A stretch of 55,746 nt of DNA, filler included, from Jimgerdemannia flammicorona (Eukaryota), in NCBI GenBank assembly GCA_003990765.1. It is 2 parts of 2 records of this genome, joined end to end, with 100 filler letters (N's around TTAATTAATTAA, not from the genome) between each part and the next. Parts side by side here need not be neighbours in the genome. Positions count along the whole stretch, not along the records: positions 1 to 27,832 come from RBNJ01000596.1; positions 27,933 to 55,746 come from RBNJ01000597.1. One strand, given 5' to 3'. A program made the translations under genes and the position numbers. How positions within the stretch are numbered: position 1 is the first letter of the stretch; each line of letters starts with the position of its first letter. Under the pieces are notes generated by a model. That model was not told where the DNA came from. It ran no database searches and was given only the letters and a program-made list of their open reading frames with translations. This document shows, one piece after another, positions 23,585 to 35,766 of the stretch.

Positions 23585-24247
23585 GTTTGGGCAGCGAAAA
23601 ACTATGCACAGTGAAGAGGGGAATGTTTAAAATCGGGTAAAACGCGTTAAAAAAGAGTGAGAGAGAAGAGGTAAGGGAAGTTCACGCGTCACGTCAAGGC
23701 TGTGGAAAAAAAATAATGATGTCACGTGTCACGTGAGTGAAAGCTTTATATGGGTATGTAATAGCCGGTGTTCATTATTGCCCTTGAAATCACAACGAAT
23801 ATCGGTTTTAACCTTTTTTTTTTTGGACCATCTTATTGATGAGTTTATGTTATGTTATGTAGGATTATCTCTATATAAAAATATCAATATGAAACTAATT
23901 TATATTAAGTCCACTATGGAACCAAAAAACTATAGTACTATCAGGAGTATTCTGAAAAGACAATAAGGCAAGAAAATTGCCCCATACATTTTCAAAGTAT
24001 CTGACACCAAAGCTATTCAAGAATATTTAGATAAAGAGAGAATCACTTATGAAATTTACCAATGATTAGATGTCAATTCTAATAGAAGTATAAATCTATC
24101 TTATTAAGAAGATATTTCTAAATAAAGTTAGTAGAAATTAAATTCTAAGAAGCAAGAATTACCAGAAACTGCCCAAGAACCAAGGAAAAAAAGGAAAATC
24201 TCTGAAGAGTAGAAGATTGCATGAGTATTCATATATAGGGGTATTCT

Positions 24248-25440
24248 CAGCCCCTTTCTCTGCTACCTTACCGGTCACAAGGTTTGGTAGGCGACCTTCC
24301 GAGTCCCCTTTCCCCTAATATTACCCCCTCTACCTCGAGTTGGTTTGCTGTGCCTGTAGGGGCATGGTGGGAGGAGGGCAATGGTGATGAGTTGCCCCTT
24401 TATCAGTGTCGGATCGGTGCTTCCTCTACTTTTTTGCGGATTCTGGTGCCTTTAACTGCGTCTGGGGTGTACCCATTTTGGTGCGGCGCCTTCTTCCTTT
24501 TGCCGTCACCAACAAGGAGTTGTCTCGGTGTGTCTCAGGCTACGTAGGGAGTTGGCCGACCTTGGGCGTCAAGTGCTCAGTGTAGGTTACCTGCAGGTCC
24601 TCGGTGCCTGTGGTGGGGCCCTCTGGCTTTGGCGAGCTTTCCGGCGAGCGCGGTTCTGGCGTAAGTGACTGCTTTTCAGGTGTTGTCGGGATGGGAGGGG
24701 AGATGGCCATCACAGATAGGCGGAAGGGCAATTACGGTGAACCAGTAGGGTGCCAGGCTGGGGGCGGTTGTCGGGGCTGGGGCAGGTGCTGCTTCGGTGG
24801 GGCCTTTTGATTGGTGCGGCGCGGTTAGGTGGTAGGTGTCACTCTCGGCTTCTTTTGGCGGGTAGCGGGGTGAGGCCCCAGTTGTCAGGGGGGGTCGGGG
24901 GGCCCGAGGCTACCCATTTCAGGCATCTTGGCTGCACTCAACTGGAACCGGGAGCTGACATGGCAACATGATTGAGGCCCGCAGGCTTGAGTAGTGGGGT
25001 ATTGGGGGTTTCCTCCCGCCTCACATGTAAGTCCTTTACTCACCTCGACTGGGAGAACCAGGCCCTACCCACTGTGTTGTGCTTTGATGAGGGTTTTTTA
25101 TTTGCCTGTCATTCTCTTTGGGGTGGCAGGGGCTATTCTATTCGGCTCAGGCGTGACCTTGTATATACGATGGGTTCTCAGGCGTGCGCTTTCGGTCGTT
25201 GGCACATGGTTGGGTTTCCCCTGGTGGTAGGAAGAGCATGGTGTGCAGAATGAGGTGCGGGCTTATCAGCCCTGCTGCATCTGGCATGGTCGAGCTGCTG
25301 GACAATGGCTAGCCTAGGTTAATGGGAGGGCAGTGCTTGGTGGGTGGTGGGGGAGGGTTTTGGCCTATATAGTCTAGGTTCCCTTCTAATAAAAATCTGT
25401 GGAACATGAGTCTGTTAAAAAAAAAAAAAAAAAAAAAAAA
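24248..25440 (+). mobile_element. Non-autonomous retroposon copy 4, youngest and CpG-rich
   Basis: Perfect 17-bp TSD atatataggggtattct (24231-24247 / 25445-25461); aataaa near 25388; poly(A). Confidence 0.9.
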
Positions 25441-25565
25441 ATATATATATAGGGGTATTCTTATATATATTCTTCAGCAACAACACCTTTCACTGGTAAC
25501 TTTCAGGTGACACAAGATTTGGACAACACTTTCCGCGAAGTTTTTGGTGAAAAGCTACTATCAAC

Positions 25566-27485
25566 ATGGCGAGCAACGAGCATACTGGTGGGCAGGTCGG
25601 CCAGGGGGGCAGCCAGGCCTTCGACTGGCAGCAGGTTGGGAGGAAACGAGGAGATGGTTTGAGGATGCCAGGGCCGTCTGTGGTGGGCGGTGGCGCTGGA
25701 GGAGGAGGGAGAGGCAGACTGAGGCAGAGAGGTGGGGGGAGGGCGACCTTTGCTGATAAGGTCAGGATGGGGAAGATGGCCGCAGGGCTGGATGGTTGGT
25801 TGGGACTGGGGAAGGCGATGCCGGGTTCAGTAGGAGGGCAGGGAGGACCCCCCATGGGAGCCTCAGTCGGTATGGGGGGAGGGGGAGTAGGGGTTGGAGA
25901 TGTGACTGCTGATGGGGCTGTGACGGGGAATCTGGAAAAAAATCCAGATGTGACGGTGGTTGACGGATCCAGTCAGAAGGAGGGCATGAGGTCCGGGGAC
26001 CTGGCTGATGGCGTGACAGGCATGGTGTCGGCACCGTTACTCAAAAAGTCGAGGTCAGAATTCGCGGTCACATTGTGTTTCCGAGGCTTGGTGGTGACTG
26101 CGAGGATGATCCTGGGGCTGGTGGCGCAGGAGGTGAAGGGGGCAGCTATGGTCAAGTTCATGAAGGGGAAGAAAGGGATTGAGGTTGGGTTTGAAGAAGA
26201 GGTGTCAATGCTGGAGGCTATGGAGAAAGGGGTAGTAGTGGGTGGAGTGGTAGTTTCTATGGCGAGGTGCATGCGCTGGGACCCGAGAGTGGTGCAGTTG
26301 ACAGTGCTGGATCTTCCTACGATGTCGCGGGAGAGGGCTAGGGAGTTGATTGTGGGGGTGGTAAAGGAGTATGGGGATGTCATTGATATCGGGTTCAAAG
26401 TCTGGGAGGGTACGGACCTTAGGACTGGCGACGTTGATGTCAGAGTGCGCTTGTTTGGTTGGGAGAACACGGGGAAGGCGAGGGACTGGCCGGCGACACT
26501 GAAGTGGGGACCAGTTGAGTGTAGGGTCTCTCGGGTAAAAGGGATGCTGGAGGAAGAGGAGAATTTGCTGGAGGCTCTTGAGGATCTGACGGGAGCTGTC
26601 GAGAGGAGACGATTGGCTTGGAAGGAGTATGAGGCCAAGACGGTGGTGGAAATTGTAGAAGGGAAGAAGATCAGGATGGATCGAGGAGCTTGGGAGAAGA
26701 TGCAGGGGAGGCGTATTCAGAAGGAGCTGCTGGAGAAATTGGGAGGTGGCATGGTGGAAGGTGGAGAGGGAGGAAGTGGCATTGGATCGAGGGAAAGTGA
26801 CTGGGCTGGGGAGCCCAGAGTGGATCAAAGGGTGGCCCAAGAGGTCCATGGGGAAGGAGGGCAGAGCGGCGTGGTGGAGGATGCTGAGATGAGCATAGAA
26901 GTACAGCCACAGTACAGGGTCCCGGGAGGAGTCGGAGGTGAGGAGGAGCTTCTTGATGTCCTGGAGGAGGAGTGGGATGAGTCAGGAAGGAGGATCGCAG
27001 TGGTGGACCCAGTGGTTGGGGGGGAAGGGAGTGCCCAGGGTGCCGAGGCAGTGGTGGAGGAGGAGAAGTGGCTGTGGAAGACTCTGGAAGGGGTGGCAGC
27101 TGAGGAGCTAGGAGGTGAGGACTTCCAGGTTATAAGTGATAGGCACTGGGAGAAAATTCTGCGTGGTGAGGAGGTGCCACAGAAGGTCCGGAATGAAATT
27201 CTGGCGGTGCTCCTGGAGTCGGTGGAGTATCAAGTTGATGATCAGCGAGAGGAGGAACTTCGAGTGATTGCGAATGATCGAGCAGCTTACCTGTGGAACT
27301 CGAAGAAAGGGTTGGAGAAGTGGGGTGTAGTGTACAGGGAGTATCGGACCGAATTCGAAGTAGTGGATGGAGCAGAGTGCCAGGAGATCTTGGAGGTGCT
27401 GGATGCACAGGAGGTGATGGAGGACGAGTTGGAGGCTGAGCGGCGCCTGGATATGGAGGGGGACAGGAGGAGCATAGAGTTCTAG
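25566..27485 (+). CDS. LINE ORF1 protein (639 aa; RRM-like central region, acidic C-terminus)
   Basis: Intact ORF directly upstream of the APE ORF; contains LTVLDLP...VVKEYGDVIDI...LRTGDVDVRV. Confidence 0.8.
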   Translation: MASNEHTGGQVGQGGSQAFDWQQVGRKRGDGLRMPGPSVVGGGAGGGGRGRLRQRGGGRATFADKVRMGKMAAGLDGWLGLGKAMPGSVGGQGGPPMGASVGMGGGGVGVGDVTADGAVTGNLEKNPDVTVVDGSSQKEGMRSGDLADGVTGMVSAPLLKKSRSEFAVTLCFRGLVVTARMILGLVAQEVKGAAMVKFMKGKKGIEVGFEEEVSMLEAMEKGVVVGGVVVSMARCMRWDPRVVQLTVLDLPTMSRERARELIVGVVKEYGDVIDIGFKVWEGTDLRTGDVDVRVRLFGWENTGKARDWPATLKWGPVECRVSRVKGMLEEEENLLEALEDLTGAVERRRLAWKEYEAKTVVEIVEGKKIRMDRGAWEKMQGRRIQKELLEKLGGGMVEGGEGGSGIGSRESDWAGEPRVDQRVAQEVHGEGGQSGVVEDAEMSIEVQPQYRVPGGVGGEEELLDVLEEEWDESGRRIAVVDPVVGGEGSAQGAEAVVEEEKWLWKTLEGVAAEELGGEDFQVISDRHWEKILRGEEVPQKVRNEILAVLLESVEYQVDDQREEELRVIANDRAAYLWNSKKGLEKWGVVYREYRTEFEVVDGAECQEILEVLDAQEVMEDELEAERRLDMEGDRRSIEF

Positions 27486-27515
27486 ATTGTGATATCCCTA
27501 CCAACATTATTCAAT

Positions 27516-27832
27516 ATGAACAGTACAACTAGAATCTTTTCTTTGAACGTCAATGGGCTAAGGGGGGCAAAACGGCATAGAAACATTTTTAGCTGGTTGA
27601 AGGGTCTGGAGGCAGATCTCTTCCTATTGCAGGATGTGCGGTATGAGCCAGATGTGGACCTATTGGACTGGACTCGGAAATGGGGTGGGGCAGCTATTTG
27701 GACAGGGCAGGTGGGCATCCTGGTTAGAAAAGGGATGGGGGACATTGGGGACGATGGACATTGGGGGAGTAGGCTGGTGTGGGGAGTGTGGAGGAGGCCT
27801 GGTTGGAATGCTTTGACTGTTGGGTCGTGCTA
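27516..27832 (+). CDS. LINE ORF2 N-terminus, APE endonuclease (partial)
   Basis: IFSLNVNGLR...DLFLLQD...VGILV motifs. Confidence 0.88.
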
Positions 27833-27932
27833 NNNNNNNNNNNNNNNNNNNNNNNNNNNNNNNNNNNNNNNNNNNNTTAATTAATTAANNNNNNNNNNNN
27901 NNNNNNNNNNNNNNNNNNNNNNNNNNNNNNNN
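27833..27932. other. Artificial contig-join spacer
   Basis: N-run with central TTAATTAATTAA, which gives stops in all six frames. Confidence 0.9.
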
Positions 27933-27940
27933 AAAAAAAA

Positions 27941-28401
27941 AAGAAGAACTCATCACTAGTATAATTCTCAGTGAGTTTATTCAGGAGGAATCAATGCCAC
28001 TCTCTATTTCCAGTAAACCTGTACCCACATTAAGGTATCCAGAAATCACATACTTTTGGAGATTGTCATGCTACACAGTGATCATATGTCACTTAAGAAG
28101 AAAACTGCTAAATTACCAGAGATCATTGCACTACATTGAAATTATCCACTACCCAAGAAGGCGACCACTTGCACCACATATCCATAAATCACTGCTACAC
28201 CCAGAGAACTATCCCAATATGGAAATTGACACATAAATCACTCACAGATATCCAGCTTTGACTATTTTACCACTGAACATCAATAAGGACACCAGAATCT
28301 TAGAAAATTTTATTGCTTTTAACAAAGTAACTGGGAGCTTAAGCCAAACTACATCAACCCCCAACCTTGTAATTTGCCTCCATTGAGCCAGGCATGTTAC
28401 A
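27941..28401 (+). repeat. Gypsy-2 5' LTR (3' part only)
   Basis: Homologous to 42245-42349 joined to 47828-48217; ends in CA before the PBS. Confidence 0.85.
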
Positions 28402-28499
28402 TTTGGAGGCTCAATTGGGAAGATTTTTAAAATTGATGTGACTTTTCAACTCACAAGAACTCACAGTCAAACTGGATATATTTGATATAACACCAATCT

Positions 28500-30030
28500 C
28501 TGCTACTATAGGAGAACCAGTTATCACTAGCATTTGGACAGAAAGAGAAGTAATTATCTCAAGAGTTGCCAATTATCAAACATCAGAAGGATCCCAACCA
28601 GAAACCAGTACAGTCTGAAATCCTTAGCCAGATCAACCAGACAATACAGGTGGCCCTGCTGGACAACTTGAAGAACTTGCACAAGAACTAGAAGATCTCA
28701 TTACACAAGCCTGAGATCTTACAGCCAGACACCCTACCAGTTCCACCAATCTCACCCATTGAACCTTTACCACTAGCCCTTACTGAATTGAAAGTAGCTC
28801 CTACAAGAATACCTAGGCTTATTCTAATTTGTCCAAGATCCAGAACACTATCCTCAAGATACCCAAGCACTCCCATCTCTATTGATAGTTTAGAAAGTGA
28901 ATCAGAGTCAGAATCTGAACCAGAATCTGGACCAGAACCAGAATCAGAAGAAAGTGACAATGAAATGGCCACTTCACAGACAACTTTTGTAGGATATTCA
29001 GAGGAAGACCCCAGAGAATTCCTTGATGAAATTAAGGGAATTGCAGCTCTGAGAAATCTCTTAGATAAAAGAAAAATTGCCATCTACAAGGCCCAGCTCA
29101 TAGAACCAGCAAGAGGAATTTTCCACTGAACAGCAAATGACCCACATTCAGAACTGGTGAGATAGATACATATAAGCAGCAGTATCTTATGAGCTAGAAT
29201 ATGTATCCATGGTCCACTTGCTTATCAAAAAATATACAGGAAATGAACCCCACCACAAGGCTCAAGAATCTAGCATTGAGATGAAGATGAATCTTAGAGA
29301 ATTACCCAGAGCTTTCTTTACAAGAATCCAGAAGAGAATGCATACTGCTGGATTCAAAGCCATCAATCAGGACATCATAGGTCCAATGATCTTCATGAAT
29401 GTGATTCCTCCAAACATTACTCAGTATTTCTGCACTCTAGACATCAGAATGTCCAAAGAGTAAGTAGATACAGCCCAAGGATTCTTTGATATCAGACAAG
29501 GAACTATGTACCTGGAGTGATCATGACAAGAAAGGAGATAAAGAAGACATCCTGGTGAAAACTCTACAAGGACTTCTTCAAGAATAAGAGAGATCTGAGG
29601 AAAGAAGGCCAGCCAAAGAAGGGAAGAAGGACAGGAGTGAAATCAAGACCTTAGCTCTAAATTGAACTGATTGGTTGAGCAGATTGAAAAACTCACCATA
29701 TACAAAAATCAAGTTACCAAAACAACAGAGGATACCCTCCACAAAGGAGCCAAGATTACCCACCCTAAGATAACAAAAGCTATCAGTAAGATAAAAGAAG
29801 ATACTCTGTCTAAGATATAACCCAAGTCCAATACTTCTACTATAGACAATTTGGATACTATATCACTGAATATTATAACAAAAGAAGTAACTAAAGAGAC
29901 TCAGAACCACCAAACTAAAGGAATGATATTTAGTATAAGAAGACTGAAGTCTATCCTGTTAAAAGCAAGCAACAGTGAAGACTATAGTAACCTAGACTTG
30001 TACTCTACCAAGATTACTATCTGAAAAACA
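28500..30030 (+). pseudogene. Gypsy-2 gag remnant
   Basis: MATSQTTFVGYSEEDPREFLDEIKGIA...; ELPRAFFTRIQKRMHTAGF, similar to Gypsy-1 gag EDPNSFYTRICHQIVLAGY. Confidence 0.7.
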
Positions 30031-30536
30031 GTTTACCTAGCTCAATATTTCTATGTAATCAATGTTTAAATCTGAAATATATATATGTATATATATGTAT
30101 ATATCTTATTTGGGAAGTCTGAAAAAGGAAAGGAGTATGAAAAAGGGAAAGGGCTATAAAGTCCAGCCCAGCCCAACAGAAGTAAGTATGGAAAAAAAAA
30201 AAAAAAAAATAGGAAACCAAATAGAGAGATGGTGGGCAGGAAAAAAGAGATGAGCAGTAGAGTGAACAAGTGGTAAAGCAGATAATTAAGTTATTCAGTA
30301 TTCAATATATAAGCAGCATATGTCTATCTTAGGTATTAGCTAGTATACATAAATTGCATAGAGGTGCAAAATGTCTTTGGCACTAAATGTCTAGAACTAA
30401 CATATGTATGCAACATAAGACCTCTCTGCCCACTCCTAATCTACTACTGCAAGTAACTAATTGATACATAGCCATTGACTTGTAATTATGATTGATATTA
30501 CCTATTTAATATTTCTATAGGATCAATGTTTAAATC

Positions 30537-30573
<37 letters not shown>

Positions 30574-30744
30574 TTATTTGGGAAGTCTGAAAAAGGAAAG
30601 GAGTACAAAAAAGTGAAAAGGCTACAAAGTCCAGCCAAAATAAATGTTCCAAATAAAAAGGAAGATACAGGATGCTATGAGAGCAATAAGAGAGAGCAGA
30701 GGGAATGTGAGAATCTCAGAAGAGGAGGAGTAAATGGTGGAGCA

Positions 30745-31077
30745 ATGGGCAGTCATTAGAAACAGATACAGGCAGTGCAGCAGGGTAGGATGATGAGCAG
30801 TCATGGGGTTGACAAGTGGTTGGGAGGTCAGGTAGAGTGGAAAGGTCAATGAACAATTGATAGAAATGGGCACAGGCAGTGTAGCAGGGTAGGATGATGA
30901 GCAGTTGATAGGAATGAGCATAGGCAGCACAGTGGGGTAGGATGAGCAGTCATTGGATCAATGAGTAGTTGGGAGGTTGGGTGGGGTAGAGAGGTCAACA
31001 AGTGGTCATTAGAAATGGGCATAGGCAGTACAGCAAGGTAGGACAATGATCAGTCATAGGTCAATGAGCAGTCACAG
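30745..31077. repeat. Degenerate ~40-bp tandem repeats 3' of the YR
   Basis: Recurrent agaaatgggcacaggcagtgcagcagggtaggatgatgagcagtca. Confidence 0.75.
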
Positions 31078-33703
31078 TAAATTGGAGATGAAGATGAGCA
31101 TTAGGGATAGTGGAAGAATGAAGAGAAAGAAAATATAGATAGGTATATGAATATAAGAGCAGAATGCATCACTCGACTAATAGCTCAAGATTTGAATTTC
31201 ATAGTCAGTCAGACCAGCCACTACAGCATCAGATACAGCATCTATCCAAAAACTATATCCAGTATAAAGGCGAGGATTAAGACCAATTCAAGGTAATAAG
31301 GATCACAAGTGGTCCACCAGCCAATGCCAGGAGAATGCCTACTGGTTGGGCAGAGAAAAGAGCAGAATGGTGTCAGGAGCCAGAGAGGAAAGGAATAGCC
31401 AGCAGAGCAGGGCAACAATGCAGAAAATGCTGGAGGGTGTCCACAGGATATAGATCAAGATGCTATGATGGAAAGGATCAGTCTTAAAAGAGGGAAGAGT
31501 GAGGATGATATAGGAGGGAAAGGTAAGGGAGGGGCAGAAGGACATGTAATACCAGGATATATATATAGTGGGGTCAAAGGGGTGGTTGCAATTAATTTCT
31601 CCAGACCAGAGGCAACCAAAGTAAGTGAGTATAATAGTGGCCACAAATATGAGATCAGAGATATTACCATTCAGTTAGAGGTATAGGAGTAGGCAATAGA
31701 GGCAGTCAGATGTGAAAGGAAGTTGGGGTTATATAGAGTGAGTACCCAGCCACCATTTGATGTGGTGAAGGACTCTGGGCAGTTATTGAAGCCCAACTAG
31801 CAGATCAGGCAGGCCAGAGTCAATGTGAAAAGAATGAATAACAGAGAGGTACTTCTTGATGGTGGTTGGTATAAGGTGATGCAGGGCCAGTAAGTAGATC
31901 TAGTGCATCAATACTAGCTTGAATGTGGGGAGGGTGGGATGGTCAGTTGGAGTGTGAAGGGTGCAGAATTAGTGGAAGCTCTGCTGGCCAGATGAATATA
32001 ATCAGCATGTCAAACTTGCCAGTCTGAACTAAAGGAAGAAGACCATGAGGGGTGGAAGGTGAGAGTATCAGTGGAGCCTATCAGTGTTGGGAGTAACTAT
32101 ACAGAGGGGGCTAGAGAGTAGAAATAGGCCATATCAGCATATAAGAGGGTATCAGTGATGCCATTTTCTTGAGATGAGAAATATGTTGCACAGAAATGGA
32201 AGACATATTGAGCCATCAGCAGAGAGACATACTGTAGCAGTTTAAGGAGAGTGGGGTTAGTAGTGGTGCCAGAGTTAATGATGTGAAGGATGGCCTAGTT
32301 ATTGGTATGGAGGAAGATGCAGTGGAAAGTCCAACATGGGCTCTATATGGCAGCAGTCAGAATGACTGCATATAATTATTTGAATTGAATATCAAGATGT
32401 TGTCTTGTGGAGGACTAGGGGGAGGTAAAGTATTCACCTTCAAAGTAGGTATCCAGACCTATATTACCACTAGCATCTGTCCATATATGAGCATCTGGAG
32501 CAGCTGTCTAGTCCACAGAGTGAAAAACTGAAATGCCATTTCAGCATGATAGAAATGTGAGCCACCATTGAATATCAGCCTGGAATTCATAATCAAGCAG
32601 GATAGAAGAATGGTTGCTTATCAAGTAATTGATAAAACATCATAGGAATAGACAGTCTGGCAGGATAATTTTGCAGGCAAAGCTCAATGACCCAGTGAGG
32701 AATTGAAGCTATAGTCAAGAGTAAAAGCATTGGAGGGGCCAGTAGTGGAGCTTGTCTAAGATACCAGTGAGATTCTCAGCTGGGAGGTGGGCCTCCATAG
32801 CATCCATATCTAATTTGATATCTAGGAAGATAATATACATCAATGGGCCAACAATTTTCTGTGGCTGCATTGACTATCCAAGGTGGTGGCAGAGTTAAAG
32901 GAACTGAGAGAGATTGAAAGAGGCAAGTGGAAGATCACTGGATAGTGAAGCAAGGATAAAATTATCTATATAATGAAGGAGATGATGGAGGTCTTGATGG
33001 TGGGCAATTCATGTGAGCCATTTGGCAAAGATGTTGAATAGGAATGGGAATGAGCTGGTGCCAAATGGGAGGCAGCAGTCAAAATAATACTGACCCAGCC
33101 ATTTGAATCTGAGAAATTCTCAGTTGGAGGAGTGGATGTGTATGTAATGGAATGCATCAGTGAGGTTGACTTTAGATAGTAGGCAGCCCAAGCTGAAGCA
33201 CTGAATAAGGTCTAATCTATTGTTGAAGTATATGTAAGATATGCAAAATACATCTATTTCAATACCAGCATTGATGGAGGGTCTATGTCAAGACCAGAAG
33301 AGGTTGTGGATGCATTGCTATTTGAATGATGAATTCTTCTTATTGACTATGCCCAGGGGTGAGGAGTGGAATAAGGGAAATGGTGGAGTTGAGAATGAGC
33401 CACATATGATCTGCTGCTACCTTCTAAGTGATATCTATAGAGACTGCCTCAGCATGAGTGACCACAGATTGGTGATTAAAGCTGATATGATGATATTGTG
33501 TATTTTCAAAGCCCATGAGAATGCCTTGAGAGATGGTATTGATAGTAGCATGAGTGAGGTCCTGGTCTGAATATGTAGTAAGAGCTTGTGATCAGACAGA
33601 AGGCTGAAGGGCAGTTGTGACTGGAGGGAAGAGAGCCTGGATTTCAGAGGAAGCAGTGTCAAGGGGCTTAGAGAAGGGGTGATGGAGAAAGGTGTTTGGA
33701 GCC

Positions 33704-35766
33704 TGTAAGCACATAACCTCCAAATCACCGAAATTACACATCACCCTCTGAACAAGCCACTGAAATCACACATGACCTCTGAACAAATCTAGAAATCACC
33801 TGCTTGATCACAAAGCTGAGTCAAACTGAAGTCACAGCATTCAAAGCTGAGTCAATATGAAGTCACAGAATATAAGAATTACACAAATGGAATCTTACCA
33901 ATCAGGATCAAATGCATATATATGGAGCACTGAGATATGTCGAATCAGAGAACCAAAACAAAAAACAACTACAACTTCCAAACACACAAACATGACTACT
34001 GAGATCTATACTAATATCCATGCTGATATTTGAAATGCCATTGTCAACCGAGCCACACCCCCTCTGCCCCTCATGAATATTCATAGCCTAGCACCCCTCT
34101 ACTTCGTGGAAGCCTGATGGAATGCTCTGAACATGCTTAGCAAGGCCCACCGAATCAGACAAATCTCAAGCTACTACCAGATCAGTCACCACCTGAAAGA
34201 CATGATCGAATACTACCACAATACCAACATTACCCAGATGTCTCAACACCAGAAGCTCATTGCCCACAAACATTGAGAACTCTTCTATGAGTACAGTACC
34301 ATTATTCCCTGCCTCTGTGTTACCACCAGCAAAATGGTTGCTATCCTGTCCTATGGCCAAATCGATGACATGATACAAGAACTCAACCACAAGTACCTCA
34401 AGTACGTCGAAACCACAGACAGAACTTTCCCACACCCCAATGATCATATCCTGCAAATGCCCCAAGTTGGATATGCCATGAAGGATATCTATGATATAAT
34501 CCAATTCGATGAAGACGAAGCAGAAGACAATGATCTCTCTGATGCTGATATGACCTCTAGCCAAGGATCTCTGCCAACCCTGATCAAACTGCCAACCTTG
34601 CCAATGAACTTATAACAATTTATAACAGCCTACAAGACTTATTGTGACAATGACCACTGGCACAAATACCAACCTGCATTCACCCTCAATTACTTCAACT
34701 ACAATGAAGAGACCAGAGAATACAACCTGTACCTCCAGACAACCCTTGAGATTGAATGAACCACTCCACCACCTAAGTATGAGCAACATGAACCACAGCC
34801 ACCAGCTTACTACAATCCCACAACTCATAGTGCTGTAACCTACAGAAGGTATACAGATGGCGAATCTGACAAAAGTGAAGATGATGCACCCCTCCTTCGC
34901 CCACCAACACCTTATCCAGCATATGAGACAGACGATGCCATCTTGTGGAATAGAGACAAAGTTCTAATGTATTATTACCTCAGCGAACAAGGAGAAGTAA
35001 TCCATGAACCACTCTTCTTAGATAACTACTTCATCGGAGATGATACAATCAATGGTGATATCATTGAAGACTACCCAGACAGTACCTAAACCATAAATAG
35101 CCTAAGCAGTCATAGTATAGTTAGATTGGCCTTGTACAACGTGACTGTGAACTGACTCAGCAGTCAGATGATATCTTGATATATCAGATCACACTTGTAC
35201 TATGTGACTGCATTCCAACTCAGCAAGGCACTTAGTGCTACATCCAAATTCAGCATAGTCCAGATAGCCCCTCACTAGTACAAATACCCCCTCCCCCAGA
35301 CCTCAGAATCTCAGACTCGAACACACAAGAACATTTCTGAATACTTCCCCACAATATCCCTTTATACAACTACTTCTAGTATAGAAATATCATGAATAGT
35401 AAATAAACCTATTCAAATAACCCACAAATCACTCTTAGGTAAATCCACTCCCTGTTAGGTCCCACTCCTAACCCCATCGAGAAATTTCCTAATTGGGTAT
35501 TGTCTGCAGCGATATGCCAATTCAACTAAGCTGGTCTTAGTTTCTTGAACTTCCTGAAATATGGAAAATCCTGAACATTCAGAACTAGTCCAAAAAAGGA
35601 CTTTGGTTGAGATGTCAACCCGAACTTGAAATCAATAAGTGTAGAGGATGTACTCCATATGAAATTAATCTTGACCATAAGAAAACAGTCTTCCAGAATA
35701 TCCAGAACTTCCAGAAAACCTTTCCAGAACTACATAACGGTTACCCTAAAAAGCAACCCTCTTACA
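33704..35766 (+). mobile_element. Solo LTR (2063 bp) inserted in Ngaro-1
   Basis: TGTAAG...CTTACA terminal inverted 6-mer and perfect 5-bp TSD GAGCC (33699-33703 / 35767-35771). Confidence 0.88.
33992..35089 (+). pseudogene. Solo-LTR-encoded accessory ORF (~365 codons; TGA stops and probable frameshift near 34590-34625)
   Basis: MTTEIYTNIHADI*NAIVNR...APLYFV...RQISSYYQISHHL...LIAHKH*ELFYEYSTIIP, alignable with the Gypsy-1 U3 ORF. Confidence 0.72.

Larger units (their letters stand above)
25470..27832 (+). mobile_element. L1/Tx1-like non-LTR retrotransposon, 5' part, truncated by contig end
   Basis: Short 5' UTR, intact ORF1, ORF2 starting with an APE endonuclease; CpG retained. Confidence 0.88.

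Noticed and set aside
23860..24230. AT-rich coding-like remnant (MEPKNYSTIRSIL...)
   Set aside because: Many stops and no recognisable family
24238..24247. ggggtattct as a shared 5' terminus of the retroposon and LINE, implying (TA)n target specificity
   Set aside because: It is part of the 17-bp TSD; the other three copies have unrelated TSDs
24284..25253. ORFs within the non-autonomous retroposon
   Set aside because: Short, GC-driven, not conserved in frame among the four copies, no motifs
27833..27932. Palindromic TTAATTAATTAA as a biological site, and adjacency of the LINE to Gypsy-2
   Set aside because: It is a six-frame-stop linker inside Ns; the two sides need not be neighbours in the genome
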